This document shows positions 30,155 through 40,470 of a stretch of DNA of 59,896 nt, one piece after another (position 1 is the stretch's first letter; every line of letters begins with the position of its first letter). The notes below the pieces were generated by a model, which saw nothing but the letters and a program-made list of their open reading frames with translations, did not search any database and was not told the origin of the DNA. This DNA comes from Eubacteriales bacterium (lineage in GTDB: Bacteria; Bacillota; Clostridia; Oscillospirales; QAMX01), in assembly GCA_045639125.1 (NCBI GenBank), contig JAZUCL010000018.1, positions 1 to 59,896 of the forward strand, written 5' to 3'. A program made the position numbers and the translations under genes.

Positions 30155-31138
30155 ATGACATACGATATAAAAAATTTACGTCGTGCTGAGCGAAAGCACG
30201 AGGAATTGAAAAATGCCCACGAATCTGAACTTATAAAACGCCGTGCTAAACTTCATAATGATATTCCACGTCTAGGCGAAATCGACAAAAGGCTTCGCAC
30301 GTCTGTTATAAGTGCAATTCATACTGCTCTGCGTCACGATGAAAATGCAGAAGATAAAGTTCTTGCCATTCGTGACGAGAACCTTGAACTACAACGTGAG
30401 CAGGCAGAACTTCTGACAATGAACGGCTATGCGTATAACTATCTGTCTGACGTTCCCATGTGCGATATATGTGAAGATAGTGGTTATACAGACGGAAAGA
30501 TGTGTTCTTGTCTTGCACTCCTCTACGCACAGGAGCAACGCTGTGAGTTGTCCGCATCACTTAATATTGAGAAAACTACTTTTGATAAATTCAGATTTGA
30601 CTGCTACGATACGAGCGTTGATGCAAAATTTGGCGTATCTGCCGCAGATAATATGGAATATATTTATGATACTTGTGTTGACTTCGCTGCAAACTTTGAC
30701 AGACACTCTGACAATCTTCTTCTTCAAGGAGGTTCCGGTATCGGCAAGACGTTTCTTGCAGGCTGTATCGCCAATGCAGTAATTGATATCGGTGCAAGCG
30801 TACTGTATGAGTCAGCGTGTAGCCTGTTCGCCCGTATAGACGCTGACAGGTTTCGCCGAGATGACGATATCCCTGCCGTAGATTTTGACCGCTATCTTAA
30901 TTGTGATTTGTTTATCCTTGACGATTTGGGTACTGAGTCAATGACAAACTTCGGTATAACAATGTTGTATCGTCTTATAAATACGAGAAATACAAATGGT
31001 AAGCAGACAATAGTAATCACTTCTCTTGCCTCAGATGAAATGCGGAGACGTTATGGTCCGCAAATCGCATCTCGATTGGAGGGTGAATACACTTCCCTTC
31101 GATTCTTTGGAGATGATGTGCGAAAGTTGCTTCGTTAA
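30155..31138 (+). CDS. dnaI: Primosomal helicase loader DnaI/DnaC-like AAA+ ATPase
   Basis: N-terminal zinc-binding module (CDICEDSGYTDGKMCSC), Walker A GGSGIGKTF and Walker B LFILDDLG. Confidence 0.8.
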   Translation: MTYDIKNLRRAERKHEELKNAHESELIKRRAKLHNDIPRLGEIDKRLRTSVISAIHTALRHDENAEDKVLAIRDENLELQREQAELLTMNGYAYNYLSDVPMCDICEDSGYTDGKMCSCLALLYAQEQRCELSASLNIEKTTFDKFRFDCYDTSVDAKFGVSAADNMEYIYDTCVDFAANFDRHSDNLLLQGGSGIGKTFLAGCIANAVIDIGASVLYESACSLFARIDADRFRRDDDIPAVDFDRYLNCDLFILDDLGTESMTNFGITMLYRLINTRNTNGKQTIVITSLASDEMRRRYGPQIASRLEGEYTSLRFFGDDVRKLLR

Positions 31139-31154
31139 ATAAGGAGGACACAGT

Positions 31155-31688
31155 ATGCAGGAGATGTGGGATATATATGACTCGACACGGAGACGAACAG
31201 GCAAACTACATGAGCGTGGAAAGCCTCTCGGTGTCGGTGAATACCACCTTGTAGTGCAGATTTGGATTATAAATGATGAGGGAAAATACCTTATCTCCCA
31301 ACGCCACCCGAGTAAATCCTACCCAATGTATTGGGAGGCAACAGGCGGTGCGGTAATAGCGGGAGAAAACAGTTTACATGGTGCTATTCGAGAAGTGCAA
31401 GAGGAACTTGGATTGACTCTCGACTCCTCGATGGGTCAACTTATGTTTCATGAAACCCACAGAAACGTATTTGCTGATATATGGTTATATCGGTCAAACG
31501 CTAAAATTGAGGACTTAAAGTTACAATCATGTGAGGTAGTAGACGCTAAGTGGGCAAGTGCAGAGGAAATTGAGCAGATGTGTAAAAGTAGGCAGTTTGT
31601 GGATTTATCCAATACTCGTAAACGCATCTATCAAAAAAGCGGTTATTTTCTAAAAAAAATTAAAGATAGCATAAAATGCTCCAACTAA
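31155..31688 (+). CDS. NUDIX hydrolase
   Basis: Nudix box GENSLHGAIREVQEELGL. Confidence 0.8.
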   Translation: MQEMWDIYDSTRRRTGKLHERGKPLGVGEYHLVVQIWIINDEGKYLISQRHPSKSYPMYWEATGGAVIAGENSLHGAIREVQEELGLTLDSSMGQLMFHETHRNVFADIWLYRSNAKIEDLKLQSCEVVDAKWASAEEIEQMCKSRQFVDLSNTRKRIYQKSGYFLKKIKDSIKCSN

Positions 31689-31712
31689 ACAGTTGGAGCA
31701 TTTTCAATTTAC
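31688..31712. terminator. Bidirectional terminator between the NUDIX gene and the rubredoxin gene
   Basis: Hairpin tgctccaact-aaac-agttggagca followed by TTTTC. Confidence 0.6.
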
Positions 31713-31847
31713 TTATTCCTCTGCAGAAAACTGATCCTTACCTACACCGCAAAGTTCACAGGTGAATGTTTCGTCAAGATCTTCCCACTTAACGCCCTGC
31801 TCGTCCTCGTCATAGACCCAGCCGCATACGTTACAGATATACTTCAT
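31713..31847 (-). CDS. Rubredoxin (44 aa)
   Basis: Manually translated as MKYICNVCGWVYDEDEQGVKWEDLDETFTCELCGVGKDQFSAEE. It has the CxxCG ... CxxCGVGKDQF rubredoxin signature. Not in the ORF track because it is under 60 aa. Confidence 0.75.
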   Translation of the reverse strand: MKYICNVCGWVYDEDEQGVKWEDLDETFTCELCGVGKDQFSAEE

Positions 31848-31940
31848 AAACTAACATCCTTTCATATAAAAGTCAAACGTAGTGTTTGCTCACTTTCCTT
31901 AATTATACAAAACCATATTCTAACTGTCAAGAGAAAAAGG

Positions 31941-32270
31941 TTATTGCAAAGAACGAAGATATATGTCAAGAAGAGATAATGCCGTTTCTTTTTCATGTGG
32001 ACTGCATGCATCTAAACGTCGAAATAACTCTTCCTTACGCAAAGAAATAGGAGTTTCTTCATTTATGAACAACTCGTCGGGAGTAATTTGAAATGCTTCA
32101 CAGATACGCAAAACTGTATCAACACGCATATTCACCGTACCGCGTTCAATATCTGCATACGTGCGGTCAGACAAACCTGCAAGTTCAGCAACTTCAGATT
32201 GTGTCAATCCACGACGTTTTCGAATTGCGTGAAGTTTATCCCCTATCGTTCGAAAATCAAAAATAAGCAT
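31941..32270 (-). CDS. XRE-family HTH transcriptional regulator
   Basis: HTH_3 motif RKRRGLTQSEVAELAGLSDRTYADIERG. Confidence 0.75.
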   Translation of the reverse strand: MLIFDFRTIGDKLHAIRKRRGLTQSEVAELAGLSDRTYADIERGTVNMRVDTVLRICEAFQITPDELFINEETPISLRKEELFRRLDACSPHEKETALSLLDIYLRSLQ

Positions 32271-32415
32271 TTTACTTCCTCCTATCTTTTCTATATAAGA
32301 ATTATACTTCCGATTTTCGTTGACAAACAGGAACTATAATGGTATAATATAGGAAGATTAAATCCTATTTTGCCGTTTTTTGCAAAATAATAAAAATGAT
32401 TGGGGAAGATAAAAT

Positions 32416-32820
32416 ATGGATAACACAAATGCTGTAAACACTACACCGACAAATATGATGAAATTCTGTAAATTTTGCGGAGGAAAAATTCCTGAAGATG
32501 CGGTATTGTGTACTCTTTGCGGTCGTCAAGTTGAAGAAACAAAAAAGACTGAACAGCCAAGCATCATCATCAATAATAGCAACCAAAATACCAATTCCAA
32601 TGTAAATACCATTGGTGCCGCTCTCGGACTCAGACCAAAGAATAAATGGGTTTCGTTCGTGCTGTGCTTATTCCTCGGATATTTGGGTGCACACAAATTC
32701 TACGAAGGACGCATAGGTTTAGGTTTACTGTACTTATTTACCGGCGGAATATTCGGCATTGGCTGGTTTATTGACTGTATTTCGTTGCTCTTTAAGCCTA
32801 ATCCCTACTATGTACGATAA
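32416..32820 (+). CDS. TM2 domain protein with an N-terminal zinc-ribbon
   Basis: CKFCGG...CTLCG zinc ribbon, then a TM2-like pair of helices (FLGYLGAHKFYEGRIGLGLLYLFTGGIFGIGWFID). Confidence 0.65.
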   Translation: MDNTNAVNTTPTNMMKFCKFCGGKIPEDAVLCTLCGRQVEETKKTEQPSIIINNSNQNTNSNVNTIGAALGLRPKNKWVSFVLCLFLGYLGAHKFYEGRIGLGLLYLFTGGIFGIGWFIDCISLLFKPNPYYVR

Positions 32821-32837
32821 TTGTTTATCCTAACTGC

Positions 32838-32916
32838 AAAAAAAGGAAGTCTATAAAGACTTCCTTTTTTTGTGTAACGAAAAGTTATCGCCTCTCCTTT
32901 CAGAGAGGCGATAACT
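32838..32916. terminator. Two back-to-back hairpin terminators between the convergent TM2 and SLH-protein genes
   Basis: aaaaaggaagtc-tataa-agacttccttttttt and agttatcgcctctc-ctttc-agagaggcgataact. Confidence 0.65.
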
Positions 32917-32931
32917 CAGTTAGATCGTAAA

Positions 32932-35900
32932 TTACTCATACTTTGTCCAATCGGGAACTTCCCTGAGAGAAGTCCATTTTTCAAAATTATGATCCTTCAT
33001 ATAGTAATTATGACTGTTTGTTGCCTCTTGAACTGCAAGATAATACCAAGCCGATTTGTCGCTATTATCAGGCCATTTTATCATATCAGCAAGCAAATCA
33101 TCTGCTGTTTCAGGAATACGATTAAGTACCCTGTTAATCATCGTCATTGCCTCTGCACGAGTGATAAATTGGTCTGGCTTGAATGTTCCGTCATCATAAC
33201 CCTTTATCCAACCATGTGCTGCTGCTTCGTGAATTTCTGCTTCTGCCCAATGACCATCAATATCTGTAAAGTTATCAATGATCGTATATTCAGAATCATC
33301 AAATCTTGCACAAATTGCCGCAAATTCAGCACGAGTAATAAACTCTGTAGGAGCAAAAACATCTACCGTTCTTCCTTCTACAATACCCAACTTTGTCATA
33401 GTTGAAATTGCCGTATTATACCATGCATTTTCATCTACGTCCTTATAGTTGTTCCAAGTTGTGAGGTTATTCTCTCTTAATTCAGCAGGCTTTAACAATC
33501 TAAAGAAGATTGTAGTAACTTCAGCACGGCTTATGTTGGCATTTGGTCTGACTGTTCCGTCAGCAAAACCAACAATATATGCAAAGTGATCCTCTGCGTT
33601 GAGTTGAGAAGGTGTTTCATATCCACTGTTTATGTCTTCATTAATCTTTATCCATGAAGCATATACAGTGATATTCTTGTTCATCACAACGCTACTTACA
33701 TCTTCGATAAGAGTTCTGTCAATGTGCCAACCATCGAAAATGTAACCTTCTCTTACAGGAACTTTTACAAGGTCAACAATTGTACCGGCAGCATATATTT
33801 CACTGTCTATCTTGTTTCCGCCGTTTGTTTCGTAGGTGAGAGTGTATATTGTTATGTCACTGCCACCGCTGCCAGGCGTTCTTTCAAACGAATAAGTGTA
33901 GGTAACTGTATCTGTGCCGGTAACCGTAGAAGGTAAAGTTACGTCCCATGTTCCGTTACCATAGCCATAGTTTGCTTTCATTCCTGTAGGAACATAACCC
34001 GTTATATCTGCTTGACCCGTCTTACTATAGTTTCCGTTTTCGTCAAGAAGATTCACAACATTTACAATGTCTGCAGTTGTATTGTCTGCCCATGTTCCGT
34101 TTACAACCTTAAAGATGACTTTTTTCTGGAATACGTCTGCAACATCGTCACCATCATCAGGATCTATGGTACCAATTTTATCTTCTTCCCATTGCGCAGT
34201 GTAAACGTGAACTATTTCACCTGTGCCATTGGTCTTTTCCCAACCCATGAACACGTAACCGTCTCTTGTTGGCGTTCCAAGGTCAATATTTGCTTTAAGT
34301 TCAATTGTTTGCACTGTTGTATGACTTTGTCCGTTATAGTTCCATACACCACCATTTGGATCAACCTGTATCTTCTCGTTTTCAGCATATTCTTCAGACT
34401 GAGGAGTCGGTTCAGGCTCATCTTCATTATATTCATCATACAAAACATCAGGAGTCTTATAGAAAACGAATGTATAAACAACAGGTTCTGTTCCGCTTAC
34501 CGTTGCCGGAGGAGTTTCTCTCCATTCACCTGGGGTATCGTGGTCAGGTGCTGCTACTGCTTTAGATACATTTGGAATAATGTTTGATATGTCAGATGTA
34601 CCTGTTTTGCTGTGAACTCCACCTTCAAGGAGATCGACTACCTTGACAATATCCGTATTTGATACTCCGTCCCAAGTTCCATTTATAATTCTAAATGTAA
34701 TCTTCTTCTGGTAAATATCAGGAATATTGTCTCCTTCATCAGGATCCTGTCCGCCACCAATAACATCTACATCATAGTAAAGTTTAAGTGTAACAATATC
34801 AGCAGGAGTTTTTATTTCCACAAGAGTTGCTGACTTTGTAGGATTCGATATTACCTCGTCTACACAATAGTTTTCATAATCGCCACCCGTTTTTGCTACT
34901 GCTGTTACCTTTTCGCCTATTTTATCTATTTTTGTTTCAGTATCGTTCGGTGTGGTTGGATATTCGCCGTTTGTGTTTACTCTGTAATGCTCAACAATGT
35001 ACTTTACCAAAACTGGTGTTATTACTGATGGGTCAGTCTCAATTCTTTCATACTGTGCTACAAGGGTAATAGATGTAACATTTTCTGCCCCTGCAAGTTC
35101 ACCGTAGGACTTAGTATTATCGACAACTACATCGCCCTTTTTCCAGCCTGTAAATTTGAATTGGTCTTTAACCGGATCGCTAATAGGTGTGCCCTGTCTG
35201 TCACAAAGAAGGTTTGCATCTGTATAATCTACAATTTTAGGTGAAATCGTCATATTTCCACCAATGTTGCCGCCTGCAAGATCGTAGTTTACAAGATACG
35301 GAGCCTTTTGGTTTGTAAATACAATTTGTGTTTCTGTGCCATTGATATTATTTATTGTGCCGTTAGAATAAACTGCATATCTTGCATCATCGTAAATCCA
35401 TGTGGAATTACCACTGTCATGAACCTCGTAAACATATATCGGATCTCCGCTATTAAAACGAGCATACTCCAATCCGGTAAGAGACACTTCTATCGGAGAG
35501 CCTTGTTTCTCTATATCGTTAGCACCAAGTATTATTGTACTTTCACCAATTACTCGTTCATGGAATACCGCTCTGAATGTAAAGGCTACTTCTGCTCCGT
35601 TTGCTTCTGGTTCCCCGACTGAATTCAAAAGTTTCTTTGTAAGTGTTCCGGTCGTTGGAATGATAAAGGTTTGATCGGGATTCTTTTCCCAGAAAGCGTG
35701 ATATACAACATCTTTTGCCGGCATTGCAATTTCAGAAAGGTTGACAACTCCTGCGAATTCTGAATTCTTATATGTTTCAAACCAGCCTTTTAATGTGTAC
35801 CCGAGTTTCGAGTTTGTATCTACTGCCGGCATCGGTAGTGCTGAGCCAAATTCTACATCAGAATAGGTTTCCTGTTCTAAATTAAGTTCTACAAATGTGC

Positions 35901-38670
35901 CATTATCCTGCTGCTGATAATACTTATATGTAACGTCATATTTTCTCTTAACCGATGTTACAATTACACTGTGGTCTGATTGTTTTGAAAGATGAACATC
36001 GCCACTTAAAATTCCATCACCATCTATTGTAAGATTAAATAATGTCGTGTTGGAAAGCATCATCGACGCATCATATTCATATCCGTCAACCCAAACAGAA
36101 CTTATCGAATAACCTTCATTAGCCTTAAAGAAAACCTCCAGTATTTCAGTATCATGGTGAGAATACCTTGTTCCGTCCATAATGATACTTCCATCGTCGT
36201 GGGCTGTTGTAAGGGTATAAACGATAGGTCTTGTATACACCTCAATTGCATGTCCCGACTGTACATTTGTAACCTGGAATATATATGAGCCGTCCGCCTC
36301 AAATGACACATTGTTGACCCCATTTTCCAAATCATACAAAGGTGTTCTTATGTCAAGCGGAGAATCATGACTTGAAGATGTAACGTGTATAATTTCAGAG
36401 ATTTCATAACCTGGATTAGCCTTGAAAACCATCTTTGCTGTATCAATACCGGCAGTAACCTCTTCACGATATGTATTTCCTATATGAATACCAGGAACAA
36501 TACTGCCTTCTACTGCAGGTTCAACTGTGAGAGTACCACCCTCATCTATTATACCACCAACAATATGAACGTTTTCGTTAACCATCTCAACATCCAAGTA
36601 AGAAGATTTAACTAAATTGATTTGGTAATCATTTTTATTTTGAAGGACGCAATCAAGCCTAAACATTGCCTCAGCGATGTTTTCTCCACTATTGATAGTG
36701 AGAGTTTTTTCTGCATTAGCAATATTGGCAAGAGTCCAGTTATCAAAATTGGTTACGTCAATGCTTTGTCCGGGATTAACTGAAAGCATTGCAATCACGG
36801 TATCGTCGTTTGTATCATTGGACAAGTTAGTATCGACAAGATAATACGCCATTGATACGCCTTCATTTCTAAAGCCATTAGGTCTTGAGAATGAAGGAAT
36901 CATATTCGCAAGGACTGCATTAAGAGTTGTAGCATTATAACTTAAGGTGTAACTTGTTTCTGTACCGATATGTTGCCACATTTCATCGTTAAGAAGGTTG
37001 TACCTCAAAGAAACGTTTTCATACTTATTTTCAGCAGTTATTACAGGCGTTGTTGACTCTGCATTCTGATAAATACCTGCACCATTGTTAGTGGGAAGAT
37101 ATCCTCCAAAAGTATCAGCATTTTCGTCTTCAACTATTGGTATGTAGATAACAAGTTTTCTGCCGTAATCTGTACCTCCCTGGCTATCCTTCGGACTTTC
37201 TGTTACACAGTGATATCCAAAGTTAAAGCCTGTTACATTGATAGTTTTGCCTTCCTTTATTTCTACTGTTGCTGTAGTGAAAGGTTTTTCTTCCAAAGCC
37301 CAACCGTTTGCCATTTTGTCAACGGTATAAACTGAAATTTGTTCACGGTTATATTCATATCCGTTTGACACCGGCAGACGGAATCCTTCTGAAATAGTAT
37401 CTGTAACAACAGATTTTTCGTCCAAAGTTGAATTTGATGTGATTGAGAATGCAATATCATGGAATACATTTGTTACCGCACTACCCTGTGTATGTGCAGA
37501 ATAATATGAGTCGGCAAACTTTGTACCAAGCGTGTTATAGTCAGTTGCATTTGGATAGTTGCTGGATAGTGCCTGAAGGAAGTTCACTGAATTTGAAGAA
37601 GGTGTTCCGAGATACATCGAGAAAATGTGTGTATTACTATCCTTCATTGCTTTTGCAGCAGAAATAGCGTTGTTTGCAACAGTTACATTAAAGTCTGTTT
37701 GTGTTGTCGGCACGCCGTCTGTGATAACAACTACTATTTTCTTACGATTTGCATACGTGCCTGCAGACTGACTGTCAAATATTTGTTTTGCCATTTGCAT
37801 ACCAAGATCGGTTCTCGTTGCGCCTTCTCCGTCAAGTTGAGTTATTGCCTCTGCTATTACACCACCGGTTGTAATATTGGCATATGTACAATTTACAAAT
37901 GCATCTGCATAGTTGTTATTTGTAAGTGAACCGTAAGAAATTCCAGGGGTTGTTGCAGGAACATTGTTTGTAACTGTTACACGTTCATAGATAGCGGTGC
38001 TTTGGATGTTAACCTTATCACCAACAGTAAAAGATCCATTTGTATACCAACCGGCATCACCATACACAGGAGTAAACCAATTATAATCTATCACTGGATT
38101 TTCATAATAATCAATAGAACTATATTCGTTTCCCGACTGAATATAATAGGTCTTAGATGTATCCAGAGTTGTTATGTCAGTTATCCTACTATAGTTAACA
38201 CTTGTTATAGTCTGGGTATTATAAACTGTAAGAATTTCCGTGTTATCGCCATAACCCGACTCACTTGCAAATCCTACAATTGCCAAACGGTAAGAATCAT
38301 CGTTTAATGTGTTAAAACTTGCCACTTCTGAGACGAATGAATTAACAGCATTTTTCATAATATTAAGTTTTGTTGTACCGTTTATAGATTCGTCCATAGA
38401 GCCGGACTGGTCAAGCACCAATACAATATCTGCCGGCATGGTAGATTGCGTTGTGCTTGTAGCACCGGTAGCGTAAGCCTCAAGTTTGATTTTTGCCGGT
38501 TGACCTAATGCCGCCGGCAAAAACTCCTTGGTAAATACAACAGGATCCGTTGCTCCAAAGGTTTCTATAGGAGCAAAATCTGTTGCCATAGAGGTTGTGA
38601 TTGAGGCAGGAAGCAAAGTCACAAACATTGCAATTGCCATAAAAATTGCCATAATTCTTCTTTTTTTCAT
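32932..38670 (-). CDS. Giant cell-surface protein (1912 aa): signal peptide, vWFA domain, multiple Listeria-Bacteroides (Flg_new) repeats and three C-terminal SLH domains
   Basis: Signal peptide MKKRRIMAIFMAIAMFVTLLPA. MIDAS motif VLVLDQSGSM. Repeats GYTLKGW, FKFTGWKKGD, YVFMGWEK and YIFDGWH. C-terminal SLH motifs (FADGTVRPNANISRAEV, ITRAEFAAICARF, ITRAEAMTMINRVL). Confidence 0.85.
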   Translation of the reverse strand: MKKRRIMAIFMAIAMFVTLLPASITTSMATDFAPIETFGATDPVVFTKEFLPAALGQPAKIKLEAYATGATSTTQSTMPADIVLVLDQSGSMDESINGTTKLNIMKNAVNSFVSEVASFNTLNDDSYRLAIVGFASESGYGDNTEILTVYNTQTITSVNYSRITDITTLDTSKTYYIQSGNEYSSIDYYENPVIDYNWFTPVYGDAGWYTNGSFTVGDKVNIQSTAIYERVTVTNNVPATTPGISYGSLTNNNYADAFVNCTYANITTGGVIAEAITQLDGEGATRTDLGMQMAKQIFDSQSAGTYANRKKIVVVITDGVPTTQTDFNVTVANNAISAAKAMKDSNTHIFSMYLGTPSSNSVNFLQALSSNYPNATDYNTLGTKFADSYYSAHTQGSAVTNVFHDIAFSITSNSTLDEKSVVTDTISEGFRLPVSNGYEYNREQISVYTVDKMANGWALEEKPFTTATVEIKEGKTINVTGFNFGYHCVTESPKDSQGGTDYGRKLVIYIPIVEDENADTFGGYLPTNNGAGIYQNAESTTPVITAENKYENVSLRYNLLNDEMWQHIGTETSYTLSYNATTLNAVLANMIPSFSRPNGFRNEGVSMAYYLVDTNLSNDTNDDTVIAMLSVNPGQSIDVTNFDNWTLANIANAEKTLTINSGENIAEAMFRLDCVLQNKNDYQINLVKSSYLDVEMVNENVHIVGGIIDEGGTLTVEPAVEGSIVPGIHIGNTYREEVTAGIDTAKMVFKANPGYEISEIIHVTSSSHDSPLDIRTPLYDLENGVNNVSFEADGSYIFQVTNVQSGHAIEVYTRPIVYTLTTAHDDGSIIMDGTRYSHHDTEILEVFFKANEGYSISSVWVDGYEYDASMMLSNTTLFNLTIDGDGILSGDVHLSKQSDHSVIVTSVKRKYDVTYKYYQQQDNGTFVELNLEQETYSDVEFGSALPMPAVDTNSKLGYTLKGWFETYKNSEFAGVVNLSEIAMPAKDVVYHAFWEKNPDQTFIIPTTGTLTKKLLNSVGEPEANGAEVAFTFRAVFHERVIGESTIILGANDIEKQGSPIEVSLTGLEYARFNSGDPIYVYEVHDSGNSTWIYDDARYAVYSNGTINNINGTETQIVFTNQKAPYLVNYDLAGGNIGGNMTISPKIVDYTDANLLCDRQGTPISDPVKDQFKFTGWKKGDVVVDNTKSYGELAGAENVTSITLVAQYERIETDPSVITPVLVKYIVEHYRVNTNGEYPTTPNDTETKIDKIGEKVTAVAKTGGDYENYCVDEVISNPTKSATLVEIKTPADIVTLKLYYDVDVIGGGQDPDEGDNIPDIYQKKITFRIINGTWDGVSNTDIVKVVDLLEGGVHSKTGTSDISNIIPNVSKAVAAPDHDTPGEWRETPPATVSGTEPVVYTFVFYKTPDVLYDEYNEDEPEPTPQSEEYAENEKIQVDPNGGVWNYNGQSHTTVQTIELKANIDLGTPTRDGYVFMGWEKTNGTGEIVHVYTAQWEEDKIGTIDPDDGDDVADVFQKKVIFKVVNGTWADNTTADIVNVVNLLDENGNYSKTGQADITGYVPTGMKANYGYGNGTWDVTLPSTVTGTDTVTYTYSFERTPGSGGSDITIYTLTYETNGGNKIDSEIYAAGTIVDLVKVPVREGYIFDGWHIDRTLIEDVSSVVMNKNITVYASWIKINEDINSGYETPSQLNAEDHFAYIVGFADGTVRPNANISRAEVTTIFFRLLKPAELRENNLTTWNNYKDVDENAWYNTAISTMTKLGIVEGRTVDVFAPTEFITRAEFAAICARFDDSEYTIIDNFTDIDGHWAEAEIHEAAAHGWIKGYDDGTFKPDQFITRAEAMTMINRVLNRIPETADDLLADMIKWPDNSDKSAWYYLAVQEATNSHNYYMKDHNFEKWTSLREVPDWTKYE

Positions 38671-39106
38671 AAAATCATTCCTTTCAACTTTTATAATTAT
38701 TACTATAAAAAAGTGATTTAAGTTATGTAATATACAACATAAAATTATACCGCGTTTGCAAAATTATTTGATTTTATTCATTTAACTATTCTGTGAACTG
38801 CCCCAACTTGTGCCAACAGCATAAAAAACAAGATTTTCACTACGCAAATACCACGTATCTGTACCTCAAAAAAACGTATTAAACCCGGCTTCTCGATTAA
38901 CGATAATGCAGGCTAAAGGCACACTTATTATGTATGTTAAATTTTAACATAGATGTAATTAAAATGTCAACAGAATACAATAATTTTTAGTCGTAGACTC
39001 TTCACAGTAAGTATTATTTATGGTTGATCCTTTAACTCTATAAACACAACTTTTTCTTAAAAATCTTAAAGAAAAACAATCAAAAATACATATTATACAT
39101 CATATA

Positions 39107-39222
39107 AAAATAGGACTTACCGTAACTTCGGTAAGTCCTATTATCTTTCATACTATTTGCCGTTCATAATTTCGGAATAATATCCATAATCTTATCGTGA
39201 CAGCCACCACAGCCTGTCGAGC
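39107..39222. repeat. Direct repeat copy 1 (116 bp): duplicated 3' end plus terminator hairpin of the BFD-like gene, with a 1-nt deletion, so it is a non-coding pseudo-fragment
   Basis: Identical to 40436-40552 except for one missing A in the GGAAATAA run. Diverges sharply after ...CCTGTCGAGC. Confidence 0.85.
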
Positions 39223-39345
39223 CTCGGCATTTTTATCAAGTTGATATTATCAGTTTAATATTGAGATTGTAAGAAAAACTCCCCTGTCCCCAAACTGTTA
39301 AAGAGATTTATTTGTATAGTTAAAAATACTGCTCAATGGCAGTCT

Positions 39346-39594
39346 TTAATCATTATCAACATCTACTAATTTACTTACTGGAACACCTAAAACCTTGCTT
39401 ATCTTAAACAGAGATTTCAAGGAAGGAACATAGGGAGCAGAAGGACCTTCTAACTGTGAAATAAAGTTCAGGGACATACCACTACTTTCACTTAACTGTT
39501 CTTGTGTCATATTTGCTAGTCTTCTATAATAACCAACTTTCAACCCAACTTTTATTATAAACATTTGATATTCTTTTTCATTATAATAGTTCAT
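39346..39594 (-). CDS. Small XRE-family HTH protein within the repeat-flanked AT-rich cassette
   Basis: HTH_3-like QEQLSESSGMSLNFISQLE. AT-rich codon usage compared with the flanks. Confidence 0.55.
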   Translation of the reverse strand: MNYYNEKEYQMFIIKVGLKVGYYRRLANMTQEQLSESSGMSLNFISQLEGPSAPYVPSLKSLFKISKVLGVPVSKLVDVDND

Positions 39595-39728
39595 AAATTA
39601 CACCTTTTTCAATAAATACTCTCTGTATGTAATTATAAACTATTTACAAATAAGATATTATTATGTATAATAAAATAAAACTTCTGTGTCAAGGAAGTTT
39701 TTTAATAAATATTATTTTAGGAGTAATT

Positions 39729-40205
39729 ATGCAAGAGATTAAAAGGTGTTGTTTTTGCGGACACAGTGATATCACTTATGATACAGAAACAAGAGATAAA
39801 ATAAAAGCAATAGCAGAAGATTTGATTTTAAACCATAAAGTAAAAGAATTTTGGGTTGGGCACTATGGCACATTTGATGGTTGTTGTTCTTCTGTTATAA
39901 GAGAACTGCAAAAGACTTATGCAGATATAAAATTAGAATTGGTTATACCATACATGACCAAAGGTATCAATGAGTATAGGGAATTATACTATAAAGATTA
40001 TGATAATATTCTTATAGCAGATATACCCTTAAATACTCCCCAAAAGTTTCAAATTATAAAAGGAAATGAATACGTTGTAGACAACTGTGATTTTGTCATC
40101 TGCTACATTGAAAGATACTATGGGGGAGCATACAGAACCTTCACTTATGCAAGAAGAAGAAAAAGAGAAATTTTTAATTTATCTCCAAAAGCAATAACAG
40201 ATTAA
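39729..40205 (+). CDS. YpsA/DUF1273-like SLOG-superfamily protein (about 158 aa), hypothetical
   Basis: Begins MQEIKRCCFCGHS. The strand-helix-strand pattern (CCFCGH ... IKAIAEDLI ... EFWVGHYGTFDGCCSSVIREL ... LELVIPYM) parallels YpsA (ISGYK ... IKKAI ... EWFIFGGQLGFEYWA ... IAAIFPF). The ORF-track N-terminal extension is rejected. Confidence 0.45.
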   Translation: MQEIKRCCFCGHSDITYDTETRDKIKAIAEDLILNHKVKEFWVGHYGTFDGCCSSVIRELQKTYADIKLELVIPYMTKGINEYRELYYKDYDNILIADIPLNTPQKFQIIKGNEYVVDNCDFVICYIERYYGGAYRTFTYARRRKREIFNLSPKAITD

Positions 40206-40435
40206 TCATTAATTGTTTAAAAGTCAGTGGCTTTTTATAATTTGACAGGAACAGTTTTGGGACGGGCAGTTTTTGTGCATTTAATTACATGTTTGAATTA
40301 TTTATTGACTTTCATAATTCTTAAAGGCTTTCAAAAGATAAACTGCCAGTTTTGGCAAAAATCTTAAAAATTAAGCGTCACAAACTTCAAATTTTGCCAT
40401 TATGGTTTATACGGTTCACAAGATAAAAAGTGCAC

Positions 40436-40470
40436 AAAATAGGACTTACCGTAACTTCGGTAAGTCCTAT
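40436..40470 (-). terminator. Intrinsic terminator of the rbr/BFD-like operon (inside repeat copy 2; also present in copy 1)
   Basis: Perfect hairpin aggacttaccg-taac-ttcggtaagtcct with a U-rich tract on the minus strand. Confidence 0.65.

Noticed and set aside
32989-38716. Numerous 60-190-aa ORFs inside and antisense to the 1912-aa SLH protein gene
   Set aside because: Spurious Cys/Ile-rich frames generated by the long AT-rich repeat-containing gene. None has independent support.
39107-39222. Repeat copy 1 as a second functional BFD-like gene
   Set aside because: It is only the 3' fragment with a frameshifting 1-nt deletion and no start codon, so it is a duplication scar and not a gene.
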